Shown one piece after another: positions 8,822 to 18,134 of a stretch of DNA of 64,000 nt. The notes beneath the pieces were generated by a model, which was given only the letters and a program-made list of their open reading frames with translations, searched no databases and had not been told where the DNA came from. How positions within the stretch are numbered: position 1 is the stretch's first letter; each line of letters opens with the position of its first letter. Origin of the DNA: an uncultured Syntrophaceae bacterium (lineage in GTDB: Bacteria > Desulfobacterota > Syntrophia > Syntrophales > UBA5619); NCBI GenBank assembly GCA_964637025.1, contig CAZWTL010000007.1, positions 5,112-69,111 on the forward strand, read 5' to 3'. The position numbers and the translations under genes were made by a program.

Positions 8822-10905
8822 GCCCCATGACGACCAATCCGGAAACCACCGATATCACGCTTTTCGTCCGTACCTCCGACGACGAGGCGGTTCGCTGGAA
8901 CCGTAGAAGGATCGTCGAGGCGCTGATCCGCGAAGCGGGCATCGACGAGGGGACCGCCGACGCGATCAGCCTCGAGGTGGAAAAACAGATCGTTTCCTCC
9001 GGGATCAGCCTCCTGACGACAGCCCTGATCCGCGAGCTCGTGGACGCCAAACTGATCGAGAGAGGGCTGGAACAGGCGCGGCGGCTCCATGCAAGGCTCG
9101 GATTTCCCCTCTACGACGTCCGGCAGCTCATCCTTCATCAAAACAAGGAGAATGCCAACGTTCCCCACGCCCCTGAGGGGACGAACCTTGCCCTCGCCGA
9201 GGGGATCAAACGGGCGTACGCCCTGCACGAGGTCTTCGACCGGCAGATCGGTGACGCGCATGTCTCCGGCGACATTCATCTCCACGGGCTGGGATACATA
9301 GATCGTCCTTACAGCGCCTTCCAGTCCCTCGAGTATCTCAAGCGGTTCGGTCTGAACCTGCCCCACTCGGTGACGGTTGCGGGTCCGGCCCGGCACGCGG
9401 AGGTTCTGCTGTCCCACATGGTCCGGTTCGGCGCATCGCTTCAGGGACACTTTGCCGGCGTGATCGGCTGGGACGCGGTCAACCTCTCTTTTGCCCCCTA
9501 TTTGGAGGGGATGGGAGAACGGGAGGTTGAACAGTTCGCCCAGATGATGATTTATGAGTTTTCACAGCTCACGTCCGCCCGGGGGGGACAGGCGATCTTC
9601 ACCGACATCCACCTCTATTGGGACGTTCCGGTTTTCTGGGCTGATCGGACGGCGATCGGTCCAGGCGGCAAACCTACCGGGCGGACCTTCCGGGAGTACG
9701 GGGAGGCGTCCCGGAAGCTTGCGCAAGCGCTCATGACCGTTTACCGGACCGGGGACGCATCCGGGAAACCGTTCATCTTTCCAAGGCCGATTGTACACAT
9801 CACGGAAGCGTTCTTCCGGATGCCAGGCCACGGCGCTTTTCTGGAGGAGGCCTGCGGCGTTGCCGCGACAAAAGGGAATCCCTGCTTTGTCCTGGACCGC
9901 GAGCGGGACGCGTCGGCCACGTGCCACTTCAGGGATTTCGCGGGCAGGGTTCCGGGATGCGACGACCCTTGGAAAAGAAGAGGCGCGTCGATCCAGAACG
10001 TAACCTTGAATCTCCCCCGGCTCGGATACCGGACCGGGGAGAGGGACGACGGCAGCCTCTTCGAGATGCTCGACGGTGCGATGGACCTCGCTGCGCAGGC
10101 CCATGTCCGGAAAAGGGACTTCATCGAAAGCCTGCTCTCCCTGGGAGATGCCGGTCCCCTTGCCATGCTGGCGATGAAGAATGACGGATCGGCTTATCTC
10201 CGCATGGCTGATGCGACTTACGGCATCGGCATGGCGGGTCTCGACGAACTCGTCCGGATCCGGAGGGGCAGGTCGCTGCACGAGTCCGACGAGGCCATGG
10301 CCTTCGGCCTGTCCATCATCTCCCGGATGAAGGAGGCGGTGGTGAGGCTCAGCCGCCTCCATGGAATGCGGTTCCTTCTGGAACAGACCCCGGCGGAGAG
10401 CACGGCGTACCGTTTCGCCCGCCTGGATCTGAAGCACTTTTCCCCCCTGCCGGGCCGCTACGTCCGGGGCGACATCGCCAAGGGGGAGATCTACTACACG
10501 AACTCCACCCACCTCCATCCCAAGGCGGCGGTCGATCCGCTGGCAAGGATCAGGTTGGAGGGGCGGTTCCATCCCTTTTTCCAGACCGGAGCCGTCACGC
10601 ACATCGAGCTCGGGGCTGCCGAGCCGCCTCCAGCTCTGCTTTCCGACCTGGTCGTCCGGTCGTTTCGCGAAACCCAGAACAGTCAGATCGTTTTTTCTCC
10701 CCAGTTCACCTGCTGTGCCGGATGCGGCGCCACGGTGCGGGGCCTTCATGAACAATGTCCGCGATGCGGATCCGGAGCGGTGGACGGTCTTGCCAGGATT
10801 TCCCAGTATTTCAGCCGTGTTTCAGGCTGGAACCGGGGAAAACGCGCCGAACTCCGTGATCGGAGGATCGGTACGGATTCCTTTTCCTTCGATTCATCTG
10901 TCTGA
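8818..10905 (+). CDS. nrdD: anaerobic ribonucleoside-triphosphate reductase (class III)
   Basis: 695 aa. N-terminal ATP-cone, C-terminal CCAGCG...CPRCG zinc ribbon and a glycyl-radical-type tail (SRVSGWNRGK). ATGA overlap with the HD gene stop. Confidence 0.9.
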   Translation: MSPMTTNPETTDITLFVRTSDDEAVRWNRRRIVEALIREAGIDEGTADAISLEVEKQIVSSGISLLTTALIRELVDAKLIERGLEQARRLHARLGFPLYDVRQLILHQNKENANVPHAPEGTNLALAEGIKRAYALHEVFDRQIGDAHVSGDIHLHGLGYIDRPYSAFQSLEYLKRFGLNLPHSVTVAGPARHAEVLLSHMVRFGASLQGHFAGVIGWDAVNLSFAPYLEGMGEREVEQFAQMMIYEFSQLTSARGGQAIFTDIHLYWDVPVFWADRTAIGPGGKPTGRTFREYGEASRKLAQALMTVYRTGDASGKPFIFPRPIVHITEAFFRMPGHGAFLEEACGVAATKGNPCFVLDRERDASATCHFRDFAGRVPGCDDPWKRRGASIQNVTLNLPRLGYRTGERDDGSLFEMLDGAMDLAAQAHVRKRDFIESLLSLGDAGPLAMLAMKNDGSAYLRMADATYGIGMAGLDELVRIRRGRSLHESDEAMAFGLSIISRMKEAVVRLSRLHGMRFLLEQTPAESTAYRFARLDLKHFSPLPGRYVRGDIAKGEIYYTNSTHLHPKAAVDPLARIRLEGRFHPFFQTGAVTHIELGAAEPPPALLSDLVVRSFRETQNSQIVFSPQFTCCAGCGATVRGLHEQCPRCGSGAVDGLARISQYFSRVSGWNRGKRAELRDRRIGTDSFSFDSSV

Positions 10906-10942
10906 ATCCTGACGGATGCTGTTTAATATTGTCCTTCAGCTT

Positions 10943-11185
10943 ACCGCCGTCCACTGGAATGGTCGCGCCGGTGAAGAGGCCGCTTGCCGCATCTCTGATC
11001 AAGAGGAGGAAGGCGCCGCATCGTTCCGGCGTCTCTTCGAAACGGCCGGACGGCGTTCGGTGAAGGAAGACCCCGCCTCTGGCTGTCAGCTCCCCCGTTT
11101 TTCCGTCGATGGGCAGGGACCGGTTCGGGCGGTCGATCAAGCAGCCGGCGTCGACGCCGGCTACACGAATCATGAAGACCGGATG
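10943..11185 (-). pseudogene. C-terminal remnant of an SDR oxidoreductase
   Basis: The translation contains IRVAGVDAGCLID and LLIRDAASGLFTGATIPVDGG, an SDR C-terminal signature. There is no Rossmann N-terminus and no room for one before the next gene. Confidence 0.4.
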
Positions 11186-11290
11186 TGTGGCCTTTTGACG
11201 GCGACGGGAGCGCCGATGACCGGACAGGGCTTTGGCGCGTGCGCCGGATCGCGGGGCCTTGCCGCCCACGATCCTGGACAGATGGCGCTG

Positions 11291-11572
11291 TTACTTGAAC
11301 AGGGCGTCCAGCCTGTTTTTTGCGGACTCCGGATCCTTTGCCGAAGAGCCCGAACCATCTTCTGCAAGAATGAAGTAATCGCAGAAATTGCTCCGATCCT
11401 TTTCAACCACCCGATCGGCCTGAGGCTCCCGGCACGCATTGTAGGTTCCCGGCGCGTGATAAAGGCAGTTGAGACAGCAACGCAGATCGGACCCGCACGA
11501 TGGGCAGACATCCTTTCTGCCCACATGGGTTCTGATATCAAGTTCTTTCAAGCAGTTATGGCATCTCTTCAT
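11291..11572 (-). CDS. small Cys-rich zinc-ribbon protein, function unknown
   Basis: Trimmed to the ATG at 11572 (MKRCHNCLKE...). 93 aa with CxxC, CxxC and CCxxC clusters. Confidence 0.55.
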   Translation of the reverse strand: MKRCHNCLKELDIRTHVGRKDVCPSCGSDLRCCLNCLYHAPGTYNACREPQADRVVEKDRSNFCDYFILAEDGSGSSAKDPESAKNRLDALFK

Positions 11573-11790
11573 GGCATCTCCCGCCCTGGGGACGGCCTGG
11601 CATTCTGATCGCAGCGTTCCTGATGTGGCGGCATTCTCCCAGAATGTTCGGGAACCGTCAATGAAATCCAAGGGGCTCATGGCGAAAGTTGCAGGACCGT
11701 TCAGGCATCGGGACCGGACGGCGGGGCTCGATCGCGACAGACCGTTTGGCTCTTAGGAATGGTTCAATGGAATTAATTGCCCTGCTTCCC

Positions 11791-11819
11791 TTGACAGGGT
11801 GGGGGGCGATTCTTATATT
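11791..11819 (+). promoter_or_regulatory. sigma-70-type promoter candidate for gmhA-grpE-dnaK
   Basis: TTGACA (11791-11796), a 17-nt spacer, then TATATT (11814-11819). It lies 48 nt upstream of the gmhA ATG. Confidence 0.45.
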
Positions 11820-11866
11820 AAGCCCGATTTTCGGGGGTTCTTCAACCATTCCCGGAGAAGATAAAC

Positions 11867-12451
11867 ATGCAAGATTATATTGTTAAGATATTTCGTGAAT
11901 CGATACAGGTCCAAGAGGCCTTCGTCAATGAAAACCTCGGTCGAATCGTGGCCGTGGTCGAGGCCGTGACCGCGGCACTGAAGGCGGGCAACCAGATCCT
12001 TTTGTTCGGAAATGGAGGATCCGCGGCGGATGCACAGCACTTGGCGGCGGAATTCGTGAACCGGTTCGTTATCGAGAGGCCCCCTCTTCCTGCGATTGCA
12101 CTGACGACCGATGCGTCGATCATTACCAGTATCGGCAATGATTACGACTTTGCGGAGATCTTCAGCAAGCAGATCCGGGCGATCGGCCGGAAAGGGGACA
12201 TCGCTTGGGGAATGACCACCAGCGGAACCTCTGCCAACGTCGTCAAAGGACTTGAAGCGGCCAAAAAAATGGGAATGGTCACGATCGGTTTCACCGGCCG
12301 GGACGGCGGCGATGTGGCCAAGATGGTGGATCACGCGTTGAACGTTTCCTCCACCAGCACCCCCCGCATCCAGGAGGCGCATATCACCGCGGGGCACGTG
12401 ATCTGCGAGATGGTGGATTTCAAACTCTTTCAGAGACCGGATATGAAATAG
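11867..12451 (+). CDS. gmhA: SIS-domain D-sedoheptulose-7-phosphate isomerase
   Basis: 194 aa. FGNGGSAADAQHLAAEF, TTSGTSANV and the C-terminal QEAHI pattern are as in GmhA. Confidence 0.8.
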   Translation: MQDYIVKIFRESIQVQEAFVNENLGRIVAVVEAVTAALKAGNQILLFGNGGSAADAQHLAAEFVNRFVIERPPLPAIALTTDASIITSIGNDYDFAEIFSKQIRAIGRKGDIAWGMTTSGTSANVVKGLEAAKKMGMVTIGFTGRDGGDVAKMVDHALNVSSTSTPRIQEAHITAGHVICEMVDFKLFQRPDMK

Positions 12452-12458
12452 GGGAGTC

Positions 12459-13094
12459 ATGGTGGTCAAGGTGAAAAAGGACACGGTGGAAACCGTGGAA
12501 GAACAGCAAAAGAGGGCAGGGGATCGGCGGGAGGCGGTGGACGGGACACTGGAAAATGTTCAAGGCGAACCGCGTCAGACGAACGATCTGGCCGCGAAAC
12601 TTCAAGAGGCGGAGAAAAAAGCCGCTGAAAATTACGATAAATATCTGCGCGTCGCAGCCGAACTTGAAAATTACCGGAAGCGGATGGCCAGGGAAAAGGC
12701 CGAGGCGATTCGATACGGCAATGAGAACCTGATCCGGGATATCCTGCCGCTTGTGGACGGGATGGATCGCGCGATGGAGCAGGCCTGCAGCTCGAAAAAC
12801 TTCGAGGCTTTCCAAGAGGGGCTCAAACTGCTTCGGGAACAACTCCTGGGATGCCTGGTGAAACACGGTGTGGAGCAGATCTGTGCGGAGGGAAGGGATT
12901 TCGATCCCCATGTCCACGAGGCCCTGTTGGAGGTGGACAGCACCGATCATCAGAACAGCCAGGTGGTGGACGAATTCGAGAAGGGTTATCTGTTGAACGG
13001 CAGGTTGCTCAGGCCGGCGAAGGTGTCCGTCTGCAAACGCCCTTCCTCAGGCGGGGACCGGCAAGACGGTTGCGAACAGGGCGACAACAATTAA
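12459..13094 (+). CDS. grpE: nucleotide exchange factor GrpE
   Basis: 211 aa. YLRVAAELENYRKR, DPHVHEAL and GYLLNGRLLRPAKV are GrpE signatures. Confidence 0.9.
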   Translation: MVVKVKKDTVETVEEQQKRAGDRREAVDGTLENVQGEPRQTNDLAAKLQEAEKKAAENYDKYLRVAAELENYRKRMAREKAEAIRYGNENLIRDILPLVDGMDRAMEQACSSKNFEAFQEGLKLLREQLLGCLVKHGVEQICAEGRDFDPHVHEALLEVDSTDHQNSQVVDEFEKGYLLNGRLLRPAKVSVCKRPSSGGDRQDGCEQGDNN

Positions 13095-13109
13095 GGAGGA
13101 ATCATTATC

Positions 13110-15035
13110 ATGGCAAAGATTATCGGTATCGATCTCGGAACAACAAACTCGTGCGTCGCGGTGATGGAGGGCGGCGATCCTGTCGTGATCGCCAACCAGG
13201 AAGGGAATCGGACGACCCCCTCGATGGTGGCCTTCACCGAGAGCGGAGAGAGACTGGTGGGTCAGGTGGCCAAACGGCAGGCCGTCACCAACTCGGAAAA
13301 CACGGTCTACGCGATCAAGCGGCTCATCGGGAGAAAATATAATGCACAGGAGGTTCAGTACGACCGCACCATCAGCCCCTTCAAGATCACCGAGGCGGCC
13401 AACGGCGACGCCCAGGTGACGGTACGGGGCCGCAATTACAGCCCGGCGGAGATCTCGTCGATGATCCTGACGAAGATGAAGCAGACCGCAGAGGATTACC
13501 TGGGCGAGAAGGTGACCGACGCAGTCATCACCGTACCGGCCTACTTCAACGACTCGCAGCGCCAGGCGACCAAAGACGCGGGAAAGATCGCGGGCCTCAA
13601 CGTTTTGAGGATCATCAACGAACCCACGGCAGCGGCTCTGGCCTACGGGTTGGACAAGAAGAAGGACGAGAAGATCGCCGTATTCGACCTGGGCGGCGGC
13701 ACCTTCGACATTTCCATCCTCGAACTGGGGGACGGCGTCTTCGAAGTGAAATCGACCAACGGCGACACCCACCTGGGCGGCGAGGATTTCGACCAGCGGA
13801 TCATCGAGTATCTGGCGAACGAGTTCAAGAAGGATCAGGGAATCGATATTCGCAAGGACAAGATGGCCCTGCAGCGCCTCAAGGAGGCAGCGGAAAAGGC
13901 CAAGATGGAGCTTTCCAGCGCCATGGAGACGGACGTGAACCTGCCCTTCATCACGGCGGACGCCTCGGGGCCCAAGCACATGAACATCAAGCTGACCCGG
14001 GCCAAGCTGGAGGCCATCGTGGAGGATCTGATCGAAAAGCTGGTTCCGCCGTGCTTGACGGCGCTGAAGGACGCCAAACTGAGTCCGTCCAATATCGATG
14101 AGGTGATCCTCGTGGGTGGGATGACCCGTATGCCCCGGGTCCAGCAGAAGGTGAAGGAGATCTTCGGAAAAGAGCCGAACAAGGGGGTTAACCCGGACGA
14201 AGTGGTTGCGATCGGCGCGGCGATTCAGGGCGGCGTTCTGACCGGCGACGTGAAGGACGTCCTCCTTCTCGACGTGACGCCGTTGTCCCTGGGCATCGAG
14301 ACGCTCGGCGGCGTGATGACGCGGCTGATCGAGAAGAACACGACCATTCCGACCAAGAAGAGCCAGATCTTTTCCACAGCGGCGGACAACCAGCCGGCGG
14401 TGAGCATCCATGTGCTTCAGGGAGAGCGGTCCATGGCGGCCGACAACCGGACACTGGGCCGTTTCGAGCTGGTGGGGATTCCGCCGGCTCCGCGCGGCGT
14501 GCCCCAGATCGAGGTGACTTTCGACATCGACGCCAACGGCATCGTTCACGTGTCGGCCAAGGATCTCGGCACAGGCAAGGAGCAGAGCATCAAGATCACC
14601 GCTTCCAGCGGACTGTCGGAGGAGGAGATCAACAAACTGGTGAAAGATGCCGACGCCCATGCCGAGGAAGACAAGAAAAAGAAGGAGTTGATCGAGGCGA
14701 GAAACCATGCCGACGCCCTGGCCTACAGCGTCGAGAAGAACGTGAAGGAGTTCGGCGACAAGATCGATCCGGCGGAAAAGGCCAAGATCGAGGAAGGGAT
14801 CGCCAAGGTCAAGAAGGCGATCGAGGGCGACGACCTGCAGGCGATCCAGTCCGCCCAGGAGGAGTTGACCCAGGCTTCCCATAAGCTGGCGGAGGCGATG
14901 TACGCCAAAACCGCCCAGCAGGCCGGCGCAGAGTCAGGACCCCGTCCAGGTGAAGGAGCGGATCCGGGTGCGCAGGCGGGCGGCAAGAAGGACGATGATG
15001 TGGTCGACGCCGATTTCGAGGACGTCAAGAAGTAA
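13110..15035 (+). CDS. dnaK: molecular chaperone DnaK (Hsp70)
   Basis: 641 aa. [22 protein letters not shown] and [11 protein letters not shown] are Hsp70 signatures. Confidence 0.97.
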   Translation: MAKIIGIDLGTTNSCVAVMEGGDPVVIANQEGNRTTPSMVAFTESGERLVGQVAKRQAVTNSENTVYAIKRLIGRKYNAQEVQYDRTISPFKITEAANGDAQVTVRGRNYSPAEISSMILTKMKQTAEDYLGEKVTDAVITVPAYFNDSQRQATKDAGKIAGLNVLRIINEPTAAALAYGLDKKKDEKIAVFDLGGGTFDISILELGDGVFEVKSTNGDTHLGGEDFDQRIIEYLANEFKKDQGIDIRKDKMALQRLKEAAEKAKMELSSAMETDVNLPFITADASGPKHMNIKLTRAKLEAIVEDLIEKLVPPCLTALKDAKLSPSNIDEVILVGGMTRMPRVQQKVKEIFGKEPNKGVNPDEVVAIGAAIQGGVLTGDVKDVLLLDVTPLSLGIETLGGVMTRLIEKNTTIPTKKSQIFSTAADNQPAVSIHVLQGERSMAADNRTLGRFELVGIPPAPRGVPQIEVTFDIDANGIVHVSAKDLGTGKEQSIKITASSGLSEEEINKLVKDADAHAEEDKKKKELIEARNHADALAYSVEKNVKEFGDKIDPAEKAKIEEGIAKVKKAIEGDDLQAIQSAQEELTQASHKLAEAMYAKTAQQAGAESGPRPGEGADPGAQAGGKKDDDVVDADFEDVKK

Positions 15036-15054
15036 GTGCCTATTGAGACTTCAA

Positions 15055-15090
15055 GGCCCGGGTTTTCCTGCGGGAGGCCCGGGCTTTTTT
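15055..15090 (+). terminator. intrinsic terminator after dnaK
   Basis: GCCCGGG (15056-15062) pairs with CCCGGGC (15078-15084) and is followed by a T6 run (15085-15090). Confidence 0.7.
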
Positions 15091-15110
15091 ATGCGGGAAT
15101 AGCGGCATTG

Positions 15111-15119
15111 TGGTATAAG
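15111..15119 (+). promoter_or_regulatory. extended -10 promoter candidate (TGgTATAAG)
   Basis: Read directly. It lies about 110 nt upstream of the PLD-like gene and has a weak -35. Confidence 0.3.
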
Positions 15120-15227
15120 GGATCCCGAAGCGAGTAGACCGGCAAGGTGGGAGGATCGGAGAAGATTCCGCCCGGGTCCAGCCCGGGGCCGGTGGCACGA
15201 ATCGGGGATGAATCCGGGGAGCGGACG

Positions 15228-15848
15228 ATGAAACGGGCCAGTGGGGCATTGCGACGATGGGTCGCAGGGCTTTTGCCCCTGGTTCTGGTGCTTGCACAGA
15301 CGGGATGCCCCGGACCATCTGGGGGAAAGGACCCGATCGTCTCTGCGCCGGGAACGGTCGGGGTGCGGCTGCTCACAGACAGCGACTATCTGGCGGCGCT
15401 TCTCGACGGCATCCATCAGGCCCGCCAGGAGGTTTGCTTCTCCTTCTATCTGTTCCGGACCATGGAAGATGGCCGGGGAGGCCCCGAAGCGGTGCTTCAG
15501 AGCCTTGTCGCGGCCGCGGCAAGAGGGGTCCGGGTCGAGGCGATACTCGAAAGCAATCATGAGAACGATGACCTGGATCGGAACAATGCCGAGACGGCCC
15601 GGAGGCTCCGGGAGCGAGGAATCCGGGTCTGTCTCGACGCCCCGGACCGTCAAACGCACACGAAACTGGTCGTGATCGACCGGCGATATGTCCTGATCGG
15701 GAGCCACAACCTGACGCAATCGGCCCTGAAATACAACCGTGAAGCCTCCGTCTGGATCGATTCCGTCCCGCTTGCGGAACAGGCCATCAGGTACATGGAG
15801 TCCATTTGCCCGCAACGGGACGGGGAGGCCGGGAATCGGCGCAAATAA
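15228..15848 (+). CDS. single-HKD phospholipase D/Nuc-like protein, predicted lipoprotein
   Basis: Trimmed to the ATG at 15228 (GGGGAG upstream). Signal peptide with lipobox LAQTGC. HKD motif HTKLVVIDRRYVLIGSHN. Confidence 0.75.
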   Translation: MKRASGALRRWVAGLLPLVLVLAQTGCPGPSGGKDPIVSAPGTVGVRLLTDSDYLAALLDGIHQARQEVCFSFYLFRTMEDGRGGPEAVLQSLVAAAARGVRVEAILESNHENDDLDRNNAETARRLRERGIRVCLDAPDRQTHTKLVVIDRRYVLIGSHNLTQSALKYNREASVWIDSVPLAEQAIRYMESICPQRDGEAGNRRK

Positions 15849-15944
15849 CGGCATGCTTTGCCTCGGAACGGGATCGGGTTCCCTCTGAACCGGGGATTCG
15901 TCGGGCGGGATCGCCCGGAGCGGCCATGTCAACCTATGCCACGT

Positions 15945-16712
15945 ATGCCTAAACGTTTTCTGCTGACCAATGACGACGGGATCTATGCGCGGGGTCTGGC
16001 TGCCCTGCACCAGGAGCTGTCCCGGGACGCGCAGTGCATCATCGTTGCGCCTGAAGTGGAACAAAGCGCCGTCGGCCATGCGATCACCATCTCGCGACCG
16101 TTGATGGTCCGGAAGGCCCGGAAGAACGGAAACATCCTCGGATATGCGGTCCTTGGCACGCCTGCCGACTGCGTCAAGATCGGTCTCGACGAGTTGGCCG
16201 GGGGGCCGGTCGACCTGGTCGTTTCCGGCATCAACCGCGGCGCCAACGTGGGAATCAACGTGCTCTACTCGGGGACCGTTTCCGCTGCAACCGAGGCGGC
16301 GATCCAGGGAGTGCCGTCGCTGGCGATCTCTCTGGACGCGCACCGGGACGCGGACTATTCCACGGCCGCCCGTTTTGCCCGGAAGATGGCCGGCTTCATC
16401 CTGGAAAACCCCCTGCCGAACGTGGCGCTGAACGTCAACGTCCCCGCCATTCCGGAAGATGAGATCCGCGGCGTCGTTGTGACGAAACAGGGACGGGCCC
16501 GCCTCATGGAGAGTTTCGAAAGGAGAACGGATCCCCGAGACAACATCTATTATTGGCTGGCCGGCGAGACGCGGTTTCCCGAACATGAACGGGAGGATAC
16601 GGATGCCGGCGCATTGAGCGGCGGGATGATCACCGTAACCCCCATCCATTTCGACCTGACCCGACACGATCTCATCGAGGGGTTGCAGGATCTCGTCAGG
16701 AAAAGGTTCTGA
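15945..16712 (+). CDS. surE: 5'/3'-nucleotidase SurE
   Basis: Trimmed to MPKRFLLTNDDGI (alternative ATG at 15936). GINRGAN and YSGTVSAA motifs. Confidence 0.9.
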   Translation: MPKRFLLTNDDGIYARGLAALHQELSRDAQCIIVAPEVEQSAVGHAITISRPLMVRKARKNGNILGYAVLGTPADCVKIGLDELAGGPVDLVVSGINRGANVGINVLYSGTVSAATEAAIQGVPSLAISLDAHRDADYSTAARFARKMAGFILENPLPNVALNVNVPAIPEDEIRGVVVTKQGRARLMESFERRTDPRDNIYYWLAGETRFPEHEREDTDAGALSGGMITVTPIHFDLTRHDLIEGLQDLVRKRF

Positions 16713-16887
16713 CGGCTCGATGATTCATGGGGCTGTCAGACAACGTTCGCACGGCTCCGGGGGCGTTGCCCGGAGACGCGCCACTGAAGAACGAAGCGAG
16801 GGGATTGCCGAAGGGGATCGGACGATCCGGAAAATTCCGGAACGGGACGATGAGCGATCGGCGATGCATAAAAAAGAGGAGGTGTGG

Positions 16888-17319
16888 ATGATGCAAATGG
16901 TGCCAAGACTTACACTGGACGATGCCCGCCTGATGATGAAAGCTGCGGAGGCGAAGGCGCGTGAAATCGGCATCGACATGGATATCGCCATCACGGATGA
17001 CGCCGGTTGTCTGCTCATGTTTCACCGAATGGACAACGCGCGCATTACCAGCATCGACATCGCGATCAGCAAGGCCTTCACCGCAGCCGCCGCGCGCAAG
17101 TCCACGCGCGCGTATGGCGAGACCAGCCAGCCGGGGGGGCCGTCGTTCGGCATTCACGTCAGCCACCAGGGCCGATTCATGATCGTTGCCGGAGGGCTTC
17201 CCGTTTTCCACGAGGGTCGAATCGTCGGCGGAATCGGATGCAGTTCGGGCCACGCCGATCAGGATGAGGAGGTGGCCCGGGCTGGGGTCGATGCCTTTGC
17301 GGAAAGCCTGAAGGGTTGA
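16888..17319 (+). CDS. GlcG/HbpS-like heme-binding protein (DUF336 family)
   Basis: Trimmed to the ATG at 16888, with GAGGAGG 5 nt upstream. ISKAFTAAA and GGLPV..GRIVGGIGCSSG motifs. Confidence 0.75.
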   Translation: MMQMVPRLTLDDARLMMKAAEAKAREIGIDMDIAITDDAGCLLMFHRMDNARITSIDIAISKAFTAAAARKSTRAYGETSQPGGPSFGIHVSHQGRFMIVAGGLPVFHEGRIVGGIGCSSGHADQDEEVARAGVDAFAESLKG

Positions 17320-17366
17320 AACCGCCCCGGCGGGAAGGCGGAGCCGCGGGGAAGGGACATCCCGGC

Positions 17367-17957
17367 ATGGTCAAGAAAGAGAACGGCGAAAAGCGATCCT
17401 GGAAGCCCGGGAATGTCCTCTACCCGGCGCCGCCGGTCCTGGTGAGTTGCGGCGGGATCAAGGGATGGAGACCGAATCTGATCACGGTGGCGTGGGCGGG
17501 GAATATCTGCAGCGATCCACCCATGCTGTCGATCTCGGTCCGCCCCGAGCGGTATTCGCATGAGATCATCCGCACAACGCGGGAATTCGTCGTGAATGTC
17601 CCTGCAGCGGAGCAGGCACGGGCCGTGGACTGGTGCGGCGTCGTTTCCGGCCGGGATGCGGACAAATTTTTGGGGGCGCGGCTGACGCCTGCCGCGGCCC
17701 TCAAGGTCGGTCCCCCGATCGTTCGGGAGTGTCCGCTGAATATTGAATGCAGGTTGCGGGAGTCTCTGGATCTCGGATCGCATACGATGTTCGTGGCGGA
17801 GGTGGTTGCCGTACAGGTCTCTTCGGGCCTGATGGACCGCAAGGGCAGGTTCCGTATGGACCGGTGCGGTCTTCTGGCCTATGCCAACGGACACTATTTT
17901 TCCCTGGGACGCCGCATCGGACACTTCGGCTTCTCGGTCCGCAAGCGGAGATCCTGA
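17367..17957 (+). CDS. flavin reductase-like FMN-binding split-barrel protein
   Basis: Trimmed to the ATG at 17367. NLITVAWAG and FVVNVP patterns are typical of the Flavin_Reduct family. Confidence 0.75.
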   Translation: MVKKENGEKRSWKPGNVLYPAPPVLVSCGGIKGWRPNLITVAWAGNICSDPPMLSISVRPERYSHEIIRTTREFVVNVPAAEQARAVDWCGVVSGRDADKFLGARLTPAAALKVGPPIVRECPLNIECRLRESLDLGSHTMFVAEVVAVQVSSGLMDRKGRFRMDRCGLLAYANGHYFSLGRRIGHFGFSVRKRRS

Positions 17958-18134
17958 GCAGCCGAGACGCCTGACTGTCGACTTCCCGGATGCAAACCAA
18001 ATGGATCTGCGGCCGAGGCGCGGATTGCGGCAACGGCCTTGAACCCGTGGTCGGTTCGGCGGATGCAAACCTGTGCCGGAGAGTGGCGAACCGGAACACA
18101 GGTCCCGAAAGCGCCGCTCACCCTTCACCTCTGC

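Noticed and set aside
11598-11613. A sigma-54-like TGGCATTCTGATCGCA on the + strand upstream of gmhA.
   Set aside because: The spacing is correct, but there are two deviations from consensus, including the -14 T. It lies about 255 nt from the nearest + strand gene, which already has a near-consensus sigma-70 promoter. It is too weak to call.
13047-14882. A 611-aa ORF antisense to dnaK, plus similar long shadow ORFs: 44212..45834, 54705..55952, 36121..37494, 39203..40570, 23125..24624, 15051..16667, 5883..7094 and 9562..10755.
   Set aside because: These are GC-rich shadow frames opposite or overlapping genes with unambiguous homology. Their translations are Arg/Gly/Pro-rich with no recognisable motifs.
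15189-15207. CCGGTGGCACGAAT, identical to the 14-mer in the sigma-54 promoter at 37819..37832, lies 27 nt upstream of the PLD-like gene.
   Set aside because: The -12 region reads GGGG with no GC dinucleotide at the required spacing. A shared 14-mer is within chance expectation for a window of this size read on both strands.
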